A stretch of DNA of 63,252 nucleotides, counting the filler, from Octopus bimaculoides (taxonomy: Eukaryota), in the NCBI RefSeq assembly GCF_001194135.2. It is 4 parts of 3 records of this genome, joined end to end, with 100 filler letters (N's around TTAATTAATTAA, not from the genome) between each part and the next. Parts side by side here need not be neighbours in the genome. Positions count along the whole stretch, not along the records: positions 47,366 to 59,236 come from NC_068996.1; positions 59,337 to 63,252 come from NC_068983.1; 2 more parts are not named here. One strand, given 5' to 3'. The notes under the pieces were generated by a model that worked only from the letters and a program-made list of their open reading frames with translations, did not search any database and was not told the DNA's origin. Below, piece after piece: positions 51,179-63,252 of the stretch. A program made the translations under genes and the position numbers. Each line of letters opens with the position of its first letter. The first letter of the stretch is position 1.

Positions 51179-51784
51179 CTACAAAACGGAGGTTCGGGTA
51201 GTTTCCAGAACATGGTTCATCACTTAACGAGCAGAGGACCAGTTTCCGAGGACAAGCTTAGACTACATATTGCGCGTCACACAGTGAGGAATACTAAATC
51301 TACGCAGCATTTGGACCCAGATAGATACTTGAGAAAGAACATATATACATGTACGCTTGTCTGAGTGGCAAAAAGTTGGCTTTGCATCTACATGGTTCTA
51401 GATTCAGCCCCACAGCGCAGCACATCCGGCTAATTTCTTCTACTATAACAACGGACCAACCAAAATCTTGTGAGTGGATTTGGTAGACAGAAACTGAAAG
51501 AAACCCGTTATGTGTGTGTGTGTGCTGTGTTCGGGTGTAAGTATGGCTCTCATTACTGATTTACCACCGGTGTGAGTTTGTTTACTTCCCCATAGCTTAA
51601 ACGTTCGGCAAACGGACGCCCATATAGTAGGTACCATGTTCAGAAATAATAAGAACTGAGGGTGATTTTAACGATTAAAATTCTGAAACCTCAGCCCCAG
51701 CAAGGCCGCATCCCATGTGGGTGTACAAACGCAAATATACACACACACGCACAGACACACATTGGGGATATATGTGCCTGTGTG

Positions 51785-51828
<44 letters not shown>

Positions 51829-52419
51829 NNNNNNNNNNNNNNNNNNNNNNNNNNNNNNNNNNNNNNNNNNNNNNNNNNNNNNNNNNNNNNNNNNNNNNNN
51901 NNNNNNNNNNNNNNNNNNNNNNNNNNNNNNNNNNNNNNNNNNNNNNNNNNNNNNNNNNNNNNNNNNNNNNNNNNNNNNNNNNNNNNNNNNNNNNNNNNNN
52001 NNNNNNNNNNNNNNNNNNNNNNNNNNNNNNNNNNNNNNNNNNNNNNNNNNNNNNNNNNNNNNNNNNNNNNNNNNNNNNNNNNNNNNNNNNNNNNNNNNNN
52101 NNNNNNNNNNNNNNNNNNNNNNNNNNNNNNNNNNNNNNNNNNNNNNNNNNNNNNNNNNNNNNNNNNNNNNNNNNNNNNNNNNNNNNNNNNNNNNNNNNNN
52201 NNNNNNNNNNNNNNNNNNNNNNNNNNNNNNNNNNNNNNNNNNNNNNNNNNNNNNNNNNNNNNNNNNNNNNNNNNNNNNNNNNNNNNNNNNNNNNNNNNNN
52301 NNNNNNNNNNNNNNNNNNNNNNNNNNNNNNNNNNNNNNNNNNNNNNNNNNNNNNNNNNNNNNNNNNNNNNNNNNNNNNNNNNNNNNNNNNNNNNNNNNNN
52401 NNNNNNNNNNNNNNNNNNN

Positions 52420-52452
<33 letters not shown>

Positions 52453-52815
52453 CTGCTATTATGTTAAACTGTTCTATGTCCAAATTTGGCCAAATGCGCT
52501 CTTTTTCAATATTTATTTTTGCTTGCAATAGCTGGTTCTTTTGGTCAAACTATCAGATCTCCAGCTGCTTCAGATGCCAAGATATCAAAAATTGTGAAAG
52601 TGTAGTACAACAGTTTTGCTATGAAATGGTGAAACTATTTTTTCGTTTTCTGAAAAAACAACGTTTTGGACTTACGACAATTTTGCATAATAGCAATGAT
52701 ATATTTTTTAAATATACATATAGGCAGTTATGCTAAGTTTCATTCATTGGGGTATGTAATCCTCATCTTTTCATTTGTCATTTATTTATGACTGAGTGAA
52801 AGTTATGCACTTTAC

Positions 52816-52860
52816 CTGGCCACCATTGCAAAACTCATAAAACCACAAATGCTGAAGGAC
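52816..52860 (-). CDS. candidate 45-nt exon (VLQHLWFYEFCNGGQ in phase 0)
   Basis: ttttttcatttag acceptor and CAG|gtaaag donor; open in two frames. Confidence 0.3.
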
Positions 52861-53833
52861 CTAAATGAAAAAAACGCCAGGCCAATTTGGTGTTACACAG
52901 CGAATCTTGGAAGCTTTACTTCAATTCATAACTCACTTGTGTGTGAACAACGTTTAGTTTTAACGCTTCCAGAAATTTTATGTAATTGGATAATTTTGCA
53001 TAATTGTATAATTAATTATTTCCAGAAATTTTCTATAGAGATATTTATGCAAACAGAAATTTTGCACATCATCATTTCGTCTTCGTTTATGTTCAAATTT
53101 AGCTGAGGTCGACTTTGTCTTTATTTTTTCGGAGTCGTTAACATTATTTACTAATTGAGCATTGGAATTGATGTAATCAACTGACCAAAGTTTACTGTTG
53201 TCTTTGCTATTATTAATGAAGGGTAGTTAGAACATGGCCAAGTTTGTATTATTACACGTAGACTTTCGTTACATATGTTCGAACTACCATTCACGAAATC
53301 TAAGTCGTTGAGTCACTTTGTAAATGCCGCCGATTAAACATAAAATAAGCATACGATACACACACACACACATCTTTATTTTCTTTCTACTCGTTTCAAT
53401 TAGACTACGGTCATGCTGGGGCAACGCCATGATGAAATTCAATCTTGTTTTTAAACCAAACTTGTTTTTGCGAACCGCTAAGTTATGGGAGTGTAGACAA
53501 GCCAACACCGGTTGTCAAGCACATAAAGACACAGTGTGTGTATAGTGTGTGTGTGTGTGTGTGTGTAAATAAGCGACGAGCTATTTCAATTTCCGCCTAC
53601 CAAATCCACTTACGAGGATAAAAGAGGACATTTGCCTAAGGTGCTACGCAGTGGAAATAAACCCGGAAACGTGATTTGAAGCAAACATTTTACCACACAG
53701 CCACATATTCGCCTCACCTATATATGTGCGTGTGTACGTATAAGTACATGTGTATATATATACATACATACATACATACATACATATACATATAAGTACA
53801 TGTGTATATATATACATACATACATACATACAT

Positions 53834-53885
<52 letters not shown>

Positions 53886-54299
53886 GTCCATAAACATGCA
53901 CGCATTATGTTATACATCAGTTGAGATGTAAACTAGTCGTGAACATAGCCATATAGTATTAAAGGAATAATTACAACATGCACACATATGTATTCTTATT
54001 TAATGATACTGAAATAAACACACCGGCACACATAGATTATGTACAGCGCATAATCACATACATAGATGCTTTACTGACACGCACAGAGACAGTGAACCAC
54101 CCACGCACCCTCAATATCCCTCGCTCAAACTCATTCGCTGCGGCGTGTCTTATACTATGTTCATGCTAACGCGTGTACCAGCAGGCGCACGCATTCCAAT
54201 GACCTCAAGACAAAAATCATGCCACCTGTTTTTTCTTTTATTTTCCATTTTTTTTCTCTTCTTTTGTTATATCCGGTAGATTACTGAACGTGCAAACTG

Positions 54300-54335
<36 letters not shown>

Positions 54336-54388
54336 TGCATATACATTTACGTATAAACGCAAATATTCACATATACATACATGTATGG

Positions 54389-54424
<36 letters not shown>

Positions 54425-54991
54425 ATATATATATATAAATGTGTGTGCGCATATATATATATAAATGTGTGTGTATGCGTTTGTAGATAGATACCAAACT
54501 TTTTTCCATTACACTGAAGCAAAAAAATAATTTCTGAATTTCTTTCTTTTCGAAAGACCCCCTCTCATCACCCCTCGGAAAAAATTTTTCCCACAAATTT
54601 CTTTATAAATTTTTGTTCTTATATTCCTTTAATATACATTTAGTTTTTTACACCTATTACACTTCTTTTTTTGGTGGCCGGGTGTTAAAGTAATCATGTA
54701 TGTATGTATGTATGTATGTATGTAATTTCCGCCTATGAAATTCGCTCACAAAGAATTGGTTAGTATGACTAAGGCACTTGTAGTGGGAAACTGCTGCCGA
54801 AGTTAGTGCGTGAGGTATTGAACCATTGACTACGAAAGCCGTGAAGCGATCTTAATCGAACAGCCACGCTTCGGCCGAAAATTTGACAGGATTCCACGAC
54901 TTGAGACTGAACGCAAACTTCGTTATTACGAAGTGAGCAACTTAACCATTTGGTCCTACACACACACATGCGCGCGCGTATATATGTTCAT

Positions 54992-55035
<44 letters not shown>

Positions 55036-55087
55036 TATGTAAGTATAAATCCACATTTACTCATTTTATATATATATATATATATAT

Positions 55088-55125
<38 letters not shown>

Positions 55126-55699
55126 TTGTATATTGTCAACTTAATGTGACAATCCCAATATTCGTTTCTCAAAGATTTCCAAAACTCAGACTATCAACAG
55201 TTATTCCAGAGCCACAATTTAAAGAATATTCTACGTTGGGATTGTCTCCTCATTCTCCTTTTTTTTTCTTCTAAATAAGAACAAACACTCAACCATGAAC
55301 TTTTGCACAGTAACGATCGCACAAACGAACACACATTATATATATATATATACATTATATATATATATACATGCTTTCATACACATACGTATCAGTTGTT
55401 AAGCTGGAGCCTCCGAAGTTATTTGATCACCTGACACCTATATTACGTTTCTTACAGCGAAGAGACACTTGTTTACATGCAGGAAGCATTCGTTGAGAAA
55501 GAGGTTTGCATGTCTAACCAAGAAGATAAATTGTAAACACAATGAACAGATTGATATAACGTTTAACATTGCCTACCTGTAAACATGTAAATCGGTATTC
55601 AGACACACACACACACAAACACACACATTACGTGCATAATGCACTAATATAAAGTATATAACAATAACAACAACAGTAATCATTCTTTCTTCAATGACT

Positions 55700-56056
55700 A
55701 TAATTTTGGCGGAGAGAGAATAGTCGATACGTTGTCGTCTGCCATTAAATGGTACTTTAACCTGACAGAATGAAAGGCAGGGTCGACCTCAACAGCATTT
55801 GAACTCAGGAGGGAAAGTCAGACGAAATGCCGTTAAGCATCTTGATCGGCCAGTTCACTGCCTTAATAATAATAATAATTTCTACTAAAGGCACAAGGTA
55901 TGAAATAGTGGAGGAGGGGATGAGTCGATTACATCGACCCCAGTGTTTCACTGGTCCTTAATTTATCGACCTCGAAAGGATGAATGACAAAGTCGACCTC
56001 GGCAGAATTTGAACTCAGAACGTAGCGACAGAATAATAATAATAATAATAATAATC

Positions 56057-56095
<39 letters not shown>

Positions 56096-57555
56096 GTTTC
56101 AAAATTTGGCACAACGCCTGCAATTTTGGGGGGTGGGGTGGAGTAAGTCGATTATGTCAACCTCAGTGCTCAACTGATAATTATTTTATCAACTCCGGAA
56201 GGAGAAAGTGCCAAGTCGACCTCGGTGAAATTTGAACTCAGAACGTAAAGACGGACGAAATACCGCCAAGCACTTTGACCGGCGTGCTAACGATTCTGTC
56301 ACATAAATGCTTAATATAATAGTTTTAAATTTTGAGACGTGGCTTTTAATTGTAGGATCGATGAAGCTAGTCGATGAAAGGGACCCTGAAAGGATGAAAG
56401 GCAAAGTTGATCCTGGCGGGTTTCGAAATCAGAAAGCAAAGCACCATAGCCAATGACGTAAATCATTGTCTGTTGTTCGAAGAATTTGGAAGTTCTGCGT
56501 CGCTAAACATTTTCATAGAAACTTATCCAAACTGATGATTTTCGATAAGTTTGTATGCCATAGGAAGAAGGAGGCTGACGCTTCTAAGACATTTTACAAC
56601 TTCGGAGAGAAAACATTTTTCAAGTAAGATTAAACATCTCATTTTCTCACAGAGAAAATCAGAAGGGTCAGCACCGAAAAGTCAAATTCCTTCTTTTCCC
56701 CACATGTGAATATATACATTCCAATGTATTTCAATGTGCACGTCTATTTATCCATCCAGCCATCCATCTATCTATCTACACACACGTATATAAAAAATTA
56801 TTATTATTATTATTATTATTATTTTGATCGAGTCAGCCTGTTGCTTCTCTGAGAACCACTTGCAGGCGCACCGGAATTTTCAGGCAACCGGAAGACCCTT
56901 TGCAACCACAGCTGAAACTCAGAATAGCAAGCGGCTGACACGACCATAAAATATCATTGAACTCTACCATGTTATTGAGTACTCTTTTTTTTTTTTTCCA
57001 ACAGTTAATACTTAATGTATGCATATGTGTGTGTAAGTAAAACACACCACAACAACGACAACAATAATAATTTTGACACAAGGCCATCAATTTCGGATGA
57101 GGGGTTAAGTTAATTACATGGACTCCAGCGCTCAACTGGTACTTAATTTATCGACTCAGAAAGGATGAAAGGAAAAGTAGACCACTGCGGAATTTAATAA
57201 TAATAATACTAATACTACTACTACTAATAATAATAGTTATTACTTCTTTATTAGCCACAACGGGTTTATATTAAAAAACATTGTGGGCAACACAGGACAA
57301 ATAGAATGAGGGGGTTACATGAAAGTCGTGTAAACAATGAAAAGCAATCGATTATAAACAACAAAATTCCTCAAAAGGGGGTGCCCTTCAAGGGCTGCTC
57401 CTGGAAACCCTACAAATCTGGGTTCTGATTATGGCACAGTAGCCAGCAGTTTTAGTGGGGAGGGGGTTAGTTGACACCATCGACATCCCCCCGATAATAT
57501 CCAGTCCGAAAGGAATGAAAGACGTAGTTGGCTTCGGCGGGATTTGAACACAGAA
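55700..57555 (-). mobile_element. cluster of about 6 family A SINE copies with (AAT)n tails
   Basis: Repeated gtcgacctcggcrgaatttgaactcagaac motif. Confidence 0.8.
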
Positions 57556-57817
57556 GATTAAAAAAGAAATTGTATTAAAAAAAAAAAAAAAAGCCGGAAG
57601 AAAGAAATTCCGCTAATGTATGTAGGCAAGCAGGCAATTTATTAATAACATTATAGACCAACAACAAACTCTTAAAAGAAAAATAAAGAAACCCCTTTCA
57701 AATGCTTTAGTCAACAACACAAACGTTTTGAACAATACAATACAGAAAACAACAACAGGTGATCGTAACAAAACAAAATAACTAAAACTAAATAAAATAG
57801 ATATCTCGTCAACTTAC

Positions 57818-57862
57818 TTTCCGCCCTTCGCCGGTGGTAGAAGAAAGTTTTTCAGAATGCAT
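57818..57862 (-). CDS. candidate first coding exon MHSEKLSSTTGEGRK of the minus-strand gene
   Basis: ATG with an upstream in-frame stop; GAAA|gtaagt donor; adjoins a CpG- and GA/CT-rich 5'-UTR/promoter-like region. Confidence 0.4.
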
Positions 57863-58181
57863 CCTCAGTCGCAGCAGCCTTCCTTCCGGATAAAGACGAA
57901 GATTACTTGTGAACGTGTGCCTGAATCCAGCACAAGTTCTCTCACACTCCTAATTCCCCTCCCGCAGCCCTTCGCTCCTCTTTTTTTCTTTTCGTTTTCT
58001 CTCTCTGTTTCTCTCTTTCTCTTTCTCTCGTTCTTTCACTCGTTTCTCTTATCTCCCGCCCTGTTGTTCTTTTGTTTTCTTTCTTTCTTTTCTTTTTGGG
58101 TTTTCTCCTCGCGCCCTCGCTTTTCTGCTTTTTTTTTTTTAGTCTTCTTCTGTGACTTGCTTATTAGAAGAAAAAGAAAAA

Positions 58182-58217
<36 letters not shown>

Positions 58218-58600
58218 AAGAAAGGGGGGGGAGTGAAGAGGAAGGAAGGACAAAACAACAACAAACTTGTCTGTTCGTCGTTCAACTGACTGCCTGCCTG
58301 GCTGGTTGGCTAGCTGCCTCACTGCCTGCTCGACTGCCCGACTGTCAACGGGCGGCAAGGACCAGGGGGGGAGGGAAGGACTGCATTTAGATCAGCAGGT
58401 GGAAGGTAGGGGGAGAAGAAGAGAGAGAGAGAGACAGAGAGAGACAGACACACATATATTTATGTATCTGTCGCTCTATCTCTTTTGAAGAAAAAGATAA
58501 ACAGAGAGAGAGAGTGAAAGAGAGAGTGTGAGACAGACAAATATTCAGCGGGAGGGGCAGGAGGAGGAAGGACAAAATATGGAAGGCGTGTGAATTCGGG
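57863..58600 (-). promoter_or_regulatory. probable 5'UTR/promoter of the minus-strand gene
   Basis: Local rise in GC and CpG, (GA)n and (GCCT/GGCT)n tracts, free of transposon copies, ending at a canonical donor. Confidence 0.35.
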
Positions 58601-59280
58601 TGGTGAATAAAAAAAGATAAAAACTACACAAGTCACACACACACACACACATACACACGTACACGCACACAGGCACACACGTACGCGCACACGCTACGCA
58701 CACTCATAGACTCACTGAAACACACACGCAACACACACTCAGTCACACACGTCAACCACACTCTCATACACAATTCACGCATACCTACACATATACATAC
58801 ACACGTCCGCACACACGAACAGAGGACACATTCCCACACGTATCCAAATACATTAAAAAAAAAGTCTAAACAAAATAATTAATAAATAATAAAAAAAATA
58901 AGTTAAAGGAAAAGCGTGCGGTGGTGGCAGTGGCAGTGAGGTGTAGTAAGAGGTATATTTTTTATTGAACGGAATTAACATGGAAGGAAGGGAGGTGTTT
59001 GCTGGAGTTTGTATTCTTTCGGTAGGAGAGGAAAAAGAAATAATGCTGTGATTATTGTTGATGAAACACATTTAATGATCAAAGGCATTCCACCCATGGC
59101 TTTCCCATTTATTTATGGATGGAAATTGGATTGATATAGATGTCAGGAATTGTCATTCGGGTCCTTTTCTTCGAATCAATAAAAAAATTTTTTTCCCGAA
59201 AGACGGTGGTTATTTGGCTGTTGTTTCTAGGATTCTNNNNNNNNNNNNNNNNNNNNNNNNNNNNNNNNNNNNNNNNNNNN

Positions 59281-59292
59281 TTAATTAATTAA
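59281..59292. other. assembly linker TTAATTAATTAA
   Basis: Same 12-mer within an N run. Confidence 0.95.
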
Positions 59293-61798
59293 NNNNNNNN
59301 NNNNNNNNNNNNNNNNNNNNNNNNNNNNNNNNNNNNGTATATATATACTGATAAGATCATTATTTAAAATACCGATCATGTCAAGTGACCGGCATAGGAA
59401 TAAAAAAAAACCCTTATAGGTATTAATTATTATTAAAATTAGAACGATTATATTAAGTACATTGTTTTATGTGCTACAACAAGTTAGGTGCCAAGACGAT
59501 AACGGACAATCTGAAAGATTTAACCGCAATTTCGAGCAAGTCGAGGAATACCTTAAATCCTCCACTGTTGGTTATTTTCATGTAAAACATCACAAATTAG
59601 TATATTGTGGCGTCTATTTACGTTCTGAATTCAGTCTTATTCAAACTCGAATTTGCCTTTCGTTATTCTGGATTCGATAAAAGAATACAGCCAGATATAC
59701 AGCAAGCACAATAATAAGGCTCATTTCAAGCCGAGAAGGTCATCGTCACGTTAAACCTTCATTTGCCGCATACAGTCTGTCACGAATCTCCTCATGAAGG
59801 ATGTGAGCAATTGATGCCTAAGAGAGACCACGGACAGGCAGCTTGATTGTTTGTAGGATGTACTGAGCGAGGTTCAGTACACCAATTTGTGAATATATTA
59901 ATTCATTCTTTTTCTGATTAGTTTTGATATTTCTGAAAATATTTGACAAAAACCAAAGGACAAAGTGTTACAGTTTGTCAATATAGGGCAAACGTTAATG
60001 CAATGAGCTGGCAGAGTCGTTTCTGTGCTAGAAAAAAAATTCCATAACGTCATTACTTTACGTTCTGAGTTCAATTGCTCCGCAGGTTATTTTTTTTCAA
60101 TTTTCAACTTTACATATATTATGTAATTTTGTTACTACTATCAATCAATCGACTGTGGTCATACTGGGACTCTTATCTCAAGGTTATAGTTGATTACATT
60201 AACCCTAGTATTTATATTTTTCTTATCATCAGACACTTATTTTTTGGCGTGAGTTAAAATAAAAATCAAAGTGGAACTGTGAGGACTTGAACTCAGAATC
60301 TAGCGGGAGGCACAATCAAATAACACAAAGTATTCTACTAACGCCTTACCGATTCCGAAAATCAACCGTATGATTTTCTTATGTAATAAGATTATATTCG
60401 TATATACTTCTTTTATCCCATTTGGGATTATTTATACTTTAGCTGTGTCAAGAAAAGCGATATAACGTTAATATTTCGTTTAGCTGAACTAAATAGGGTT
60501 TTTAATTTCAACTCCAAGTGACTTTATACCCACGGGACGATCATACTGAATTTCAACCTTTTCAATAATCACTTAAAATAATGATTTCAGCAAGCACGCT
60601 TGTTGAACTCAGCTTTCAGTACAAGTAAGCCGATAAGAAACTATTTTCAACTGTTCATAGATTGTCTAGATTTTTGCAGATGAATTCCACAGGAAATACA
60701 CCTACTCTTCTCTATAGATATTTAAACGAATGCAATGTAGTGTTAAGCGACCTGTCGAGAGACACAATGATAGCATTGTACAGGATATAAACTAAACAAC
60801 CCATGATATTGTACTTAGAGAGATATATATCACTTCGAAATATCCAAATACTGTTTTATATATATTTTTTTTATATTAAATTATACGTACATATTTCTTA
60901 AGCAATTAATCATTTCCAATCCGCTTCCATTCGATGTATTAGATTTTCTCTCGGTCTAAAAAATTATAAATAAAAGAACAGCGAAAAAAATAATAAGAGA
61001 AAATACTTTCATATTAAATATATATATATTAAGTAAGTTGTTATAATAGTCTGCACTAGAAAATTAATATGAATTCTTAGCAAGCACAACTGTTCACATT
61101 TGTCTCTTCCCTGGTGTGTGAAATAAAAGCTGAAAATAATAGTAAGTACTGAGAATAATAAGAAAAAATATATGCGAAACAGAAGAAAAAAATAACGGCA
61201 TTATATATATATTTTTTATATAAAATCTGCTGAGCGTTGAAGAATATGATTAACAATTTTTTCGCTGGCAACAATGTACACACAAAAGCATACACATACA
61301 AGGCACACACAGGCAAGCAAGCACACAGAATATCCTACCATATATGTTCGTAAAGGTTATACACACACACACACGCACACACACACACACACCCACACAC
61401 ACACATATATATATATACACGTCGATTACGAGACATATATGAGAAGCGGTATGGGAGAAATTTCAATAACTCATCGAAATAACATACGCACGCGCTGACA
61501 CACAACACAGAAACCAACATGTGTTCTAAAGATATTCTTCATTTACTGGTCTCAATCATGAGGTCATATTAGGACATATCTATCGAGGTGTTTTTAGTAG
61601 ATTATATAAACCCAACTAATTTGTAATTGGTTTCTGCATTGTGAGATGCAGAATTCTGAATGAACATTGACATATGAAGGATACAATGCAGTCGTTATTG
61701 AAAGGCAGATCTATTCGAATGAACCTCTTCTAATATCATGGTGATATTAACAAATATAAACACACGGACATACACCTCCATTTTAACCGTGTGCGCAT

Positions 61799-61839
<41 letters not shown>

Positions 61840-61983
61840 TATCCACCCTGTGGTAAATAGAAAAATAAAGTGTCTGGCTCAAGAACACAACACGCAGCCC
61901 GGTCCGGGATTTGAACTCACCATCTCATGATCGTAAGCTCGACGCTCTAACTACTGAGCCATGCGCCTTCACACACACACACA

Positions 61984-62023
<40 letters not shown>

Positions 62024-62428
62024 CACACACACATATATATCGTGAAGTACATTTGCCACCTAAATGTGGCTGACCTGTATTGGACGATGCTACTGTAGCT
62101 TATAGCCCCAGAAAGATATCTCCTCCAGCTGGCTAACGACACACTGTCTGTGCACGATCAATATTTACGAAGGGAAATCATCGTTCCCATCTCTAACCTT
62201 ACGGGCCCGGTTTTCCTGAGTTGTAACGTCTTCAGCGTGTGACAATCACCAGCTAGGAATGGGAAGTGATTCCAATCTCAAGTACTATATGCTTTTTCCA
62301 GTGAAAACCATCTCGCACAAATTATTATTGCTTGTTTCTCCTTTTTCGAGATCAGCGGTGGTTTCTCATTGGAAAAATCATATAGTATTTTGCGTTTGGA
62401 ATCACTTCTCACCCCTAGCCGGTGAATG

Positions 62429-62475
62429 TCACACGCTGATGACGGGTTACTACCCAGAAACCTGGGTCCCTGTGA
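62429..62475 (+). ncRNA. type I hammerhead ribozyme fold (HHR-1 of tandem pair)
   Basis: Stem I TCACACG/CCTGTGA (6 of 7 pairs), CTGATGA plus C, stem II GGGT-TACT-ACCC plus A, GAAA, self-complementary stem III ACCUGGGU, GTC site (62466-62468). Confidence 0.8.
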
Positions 62476-62672
62476 ATCACGTAATGCTAGAGATGGGAAC
62501 AATGATTTCCATTCGCAAATACCGATCGTGCACAGACATAATACTACTGTTGGTTAGACCTAGGAAGCTGCACCGCTTCCTGTCGGCCTTAACATATTTC
62601 CTGAATGCATTTCACTAGAATTATATGTTTACAAGGGTTTGACGGACATCTTCGACTAGCAGCTCATACTAC

Positions 62673-62715
62673 TCCAGACTGATGACGAGCAAAGACTGAG
62701 AAACATGTCTCTGGA
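62673..62715 (+). ncRNA. type I hammerhead ribozyme fold (HHR-2 of tandem pair; weak stem II)
   Basis: Stem I TCCAGA/TCTGGA (6 bp), CTGATGA plus C, irregular stem II, A plus GAAA, palindromic ACATGT stem III, GTC site (62707-62709). Confidence 0.65.
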
Positions 62716-63252
62716 TGCAGGCTTAGCTGGGTGGAGGTGCTTCTCTCCCCTTTGTGAATATAAGGACACAGGAAATGTGTTAAGGCCGACAGGAAGCGGT
62801 TCAGCTTCCTAGGTCTAACCAACAGTAGTATTATTCCCTTTCAGGGGACTCACATTAAGTTGACAGCATACAACTACTTCATCGTATCACTGCTGCATAA
62901 ATCTCTCTGAGAGATTTAGAAATGTATTATTTCTAAATGTTTGTATATGTTTGTGTGTCTGTGTTTGTCCCGCCAACATCGCTTGACAACCGATGCTGGT
63001 GTGTTTACGACGCTTCACCTAGCGGTTCGGCAAGAGAAACCGATAGAATAAGTACTAAGCTTACAAAGAATAACTCCTGGGGTCGATTTGCTGGAGTAAA
63101 GTCGGTGCTCCAGCACGGCCGCAGTCAAATGGCTGAAACAAATAAAAGAAAATGAAACAGAATAAAAAAATATATATAGACCGATATAGATATATATGTA
63201 TATATGTATGTATATATATATATATGTATCTATATATATATATATATATATA

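Larger units (their letters stand above)
62145..62833. mobile_element. compound fold-back HHR element: IR1 (62145-62310 / 62359-62538) abutting IR2 (62539-62603 / 62769-62833)
   Basis: Reverse-complement matches read directly; IR2 arms are 65 bp with 2 mismatches. Confidence 0.85.

Noticed and set aside
51050-51364. 104-aa plus-strand ORF
   Set aside because: No splice signals or motif; largely antisense to the better-supported minus-strand exon
806-52736. Many long ORFs in the track rich in X, CV/HT or YI repeats
   Set aside because: Artefacts of N gaps and dinucleotide microsatellites
94-63150. tRNA-like A/B boxes
   Set aside because: These are SINE heads that I could not fold into complete cloverleaves; no true tRNA or rRNA gene was seen

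Overview
AT-rich, repeat-dense animal genomic DNA, most likely octopus or another coleoid cephalopod (inferred from the SINE families and microsatellite load). Three TTAATTAATTAA/N linkers split it into four pieces that may not be truly adjacent. (1) The + strand carries the 3' part of a bHLH-PAS transcription factor gene, best resembling Methoprene-tolerant/CLOCK-like proteins. It has 6-7 coding exons between 2482 and 21344, covering the end of PAS-A, all of PAS-B and a short tail, and it needs a GC-AG intron to stay in frame. (2) A weakly supported uncharacterised gene lies on the - strand (first exon near 57.8-58.5 kb, large exon 50884-51178). (3) Mobile elements include SINEs of about four families, Tc1/mariner remnants and MITEs, a hAT MITE with an 8-bp TSD, and a stop-free Penelope-like GIY-YIG fragment. 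The most notable observation is a set of type I hammerhead ribozyme (HHR) folds read directly from the sequence at 3824, 12463, 30384, 32517(-), 62429 and 62673. Several lie inside long fold-back inverted repeats, and two form a tandem pair that would release a 241-nt retrozyme-like RNA. All structures were derived by eye; none has been checked by search or experiment.
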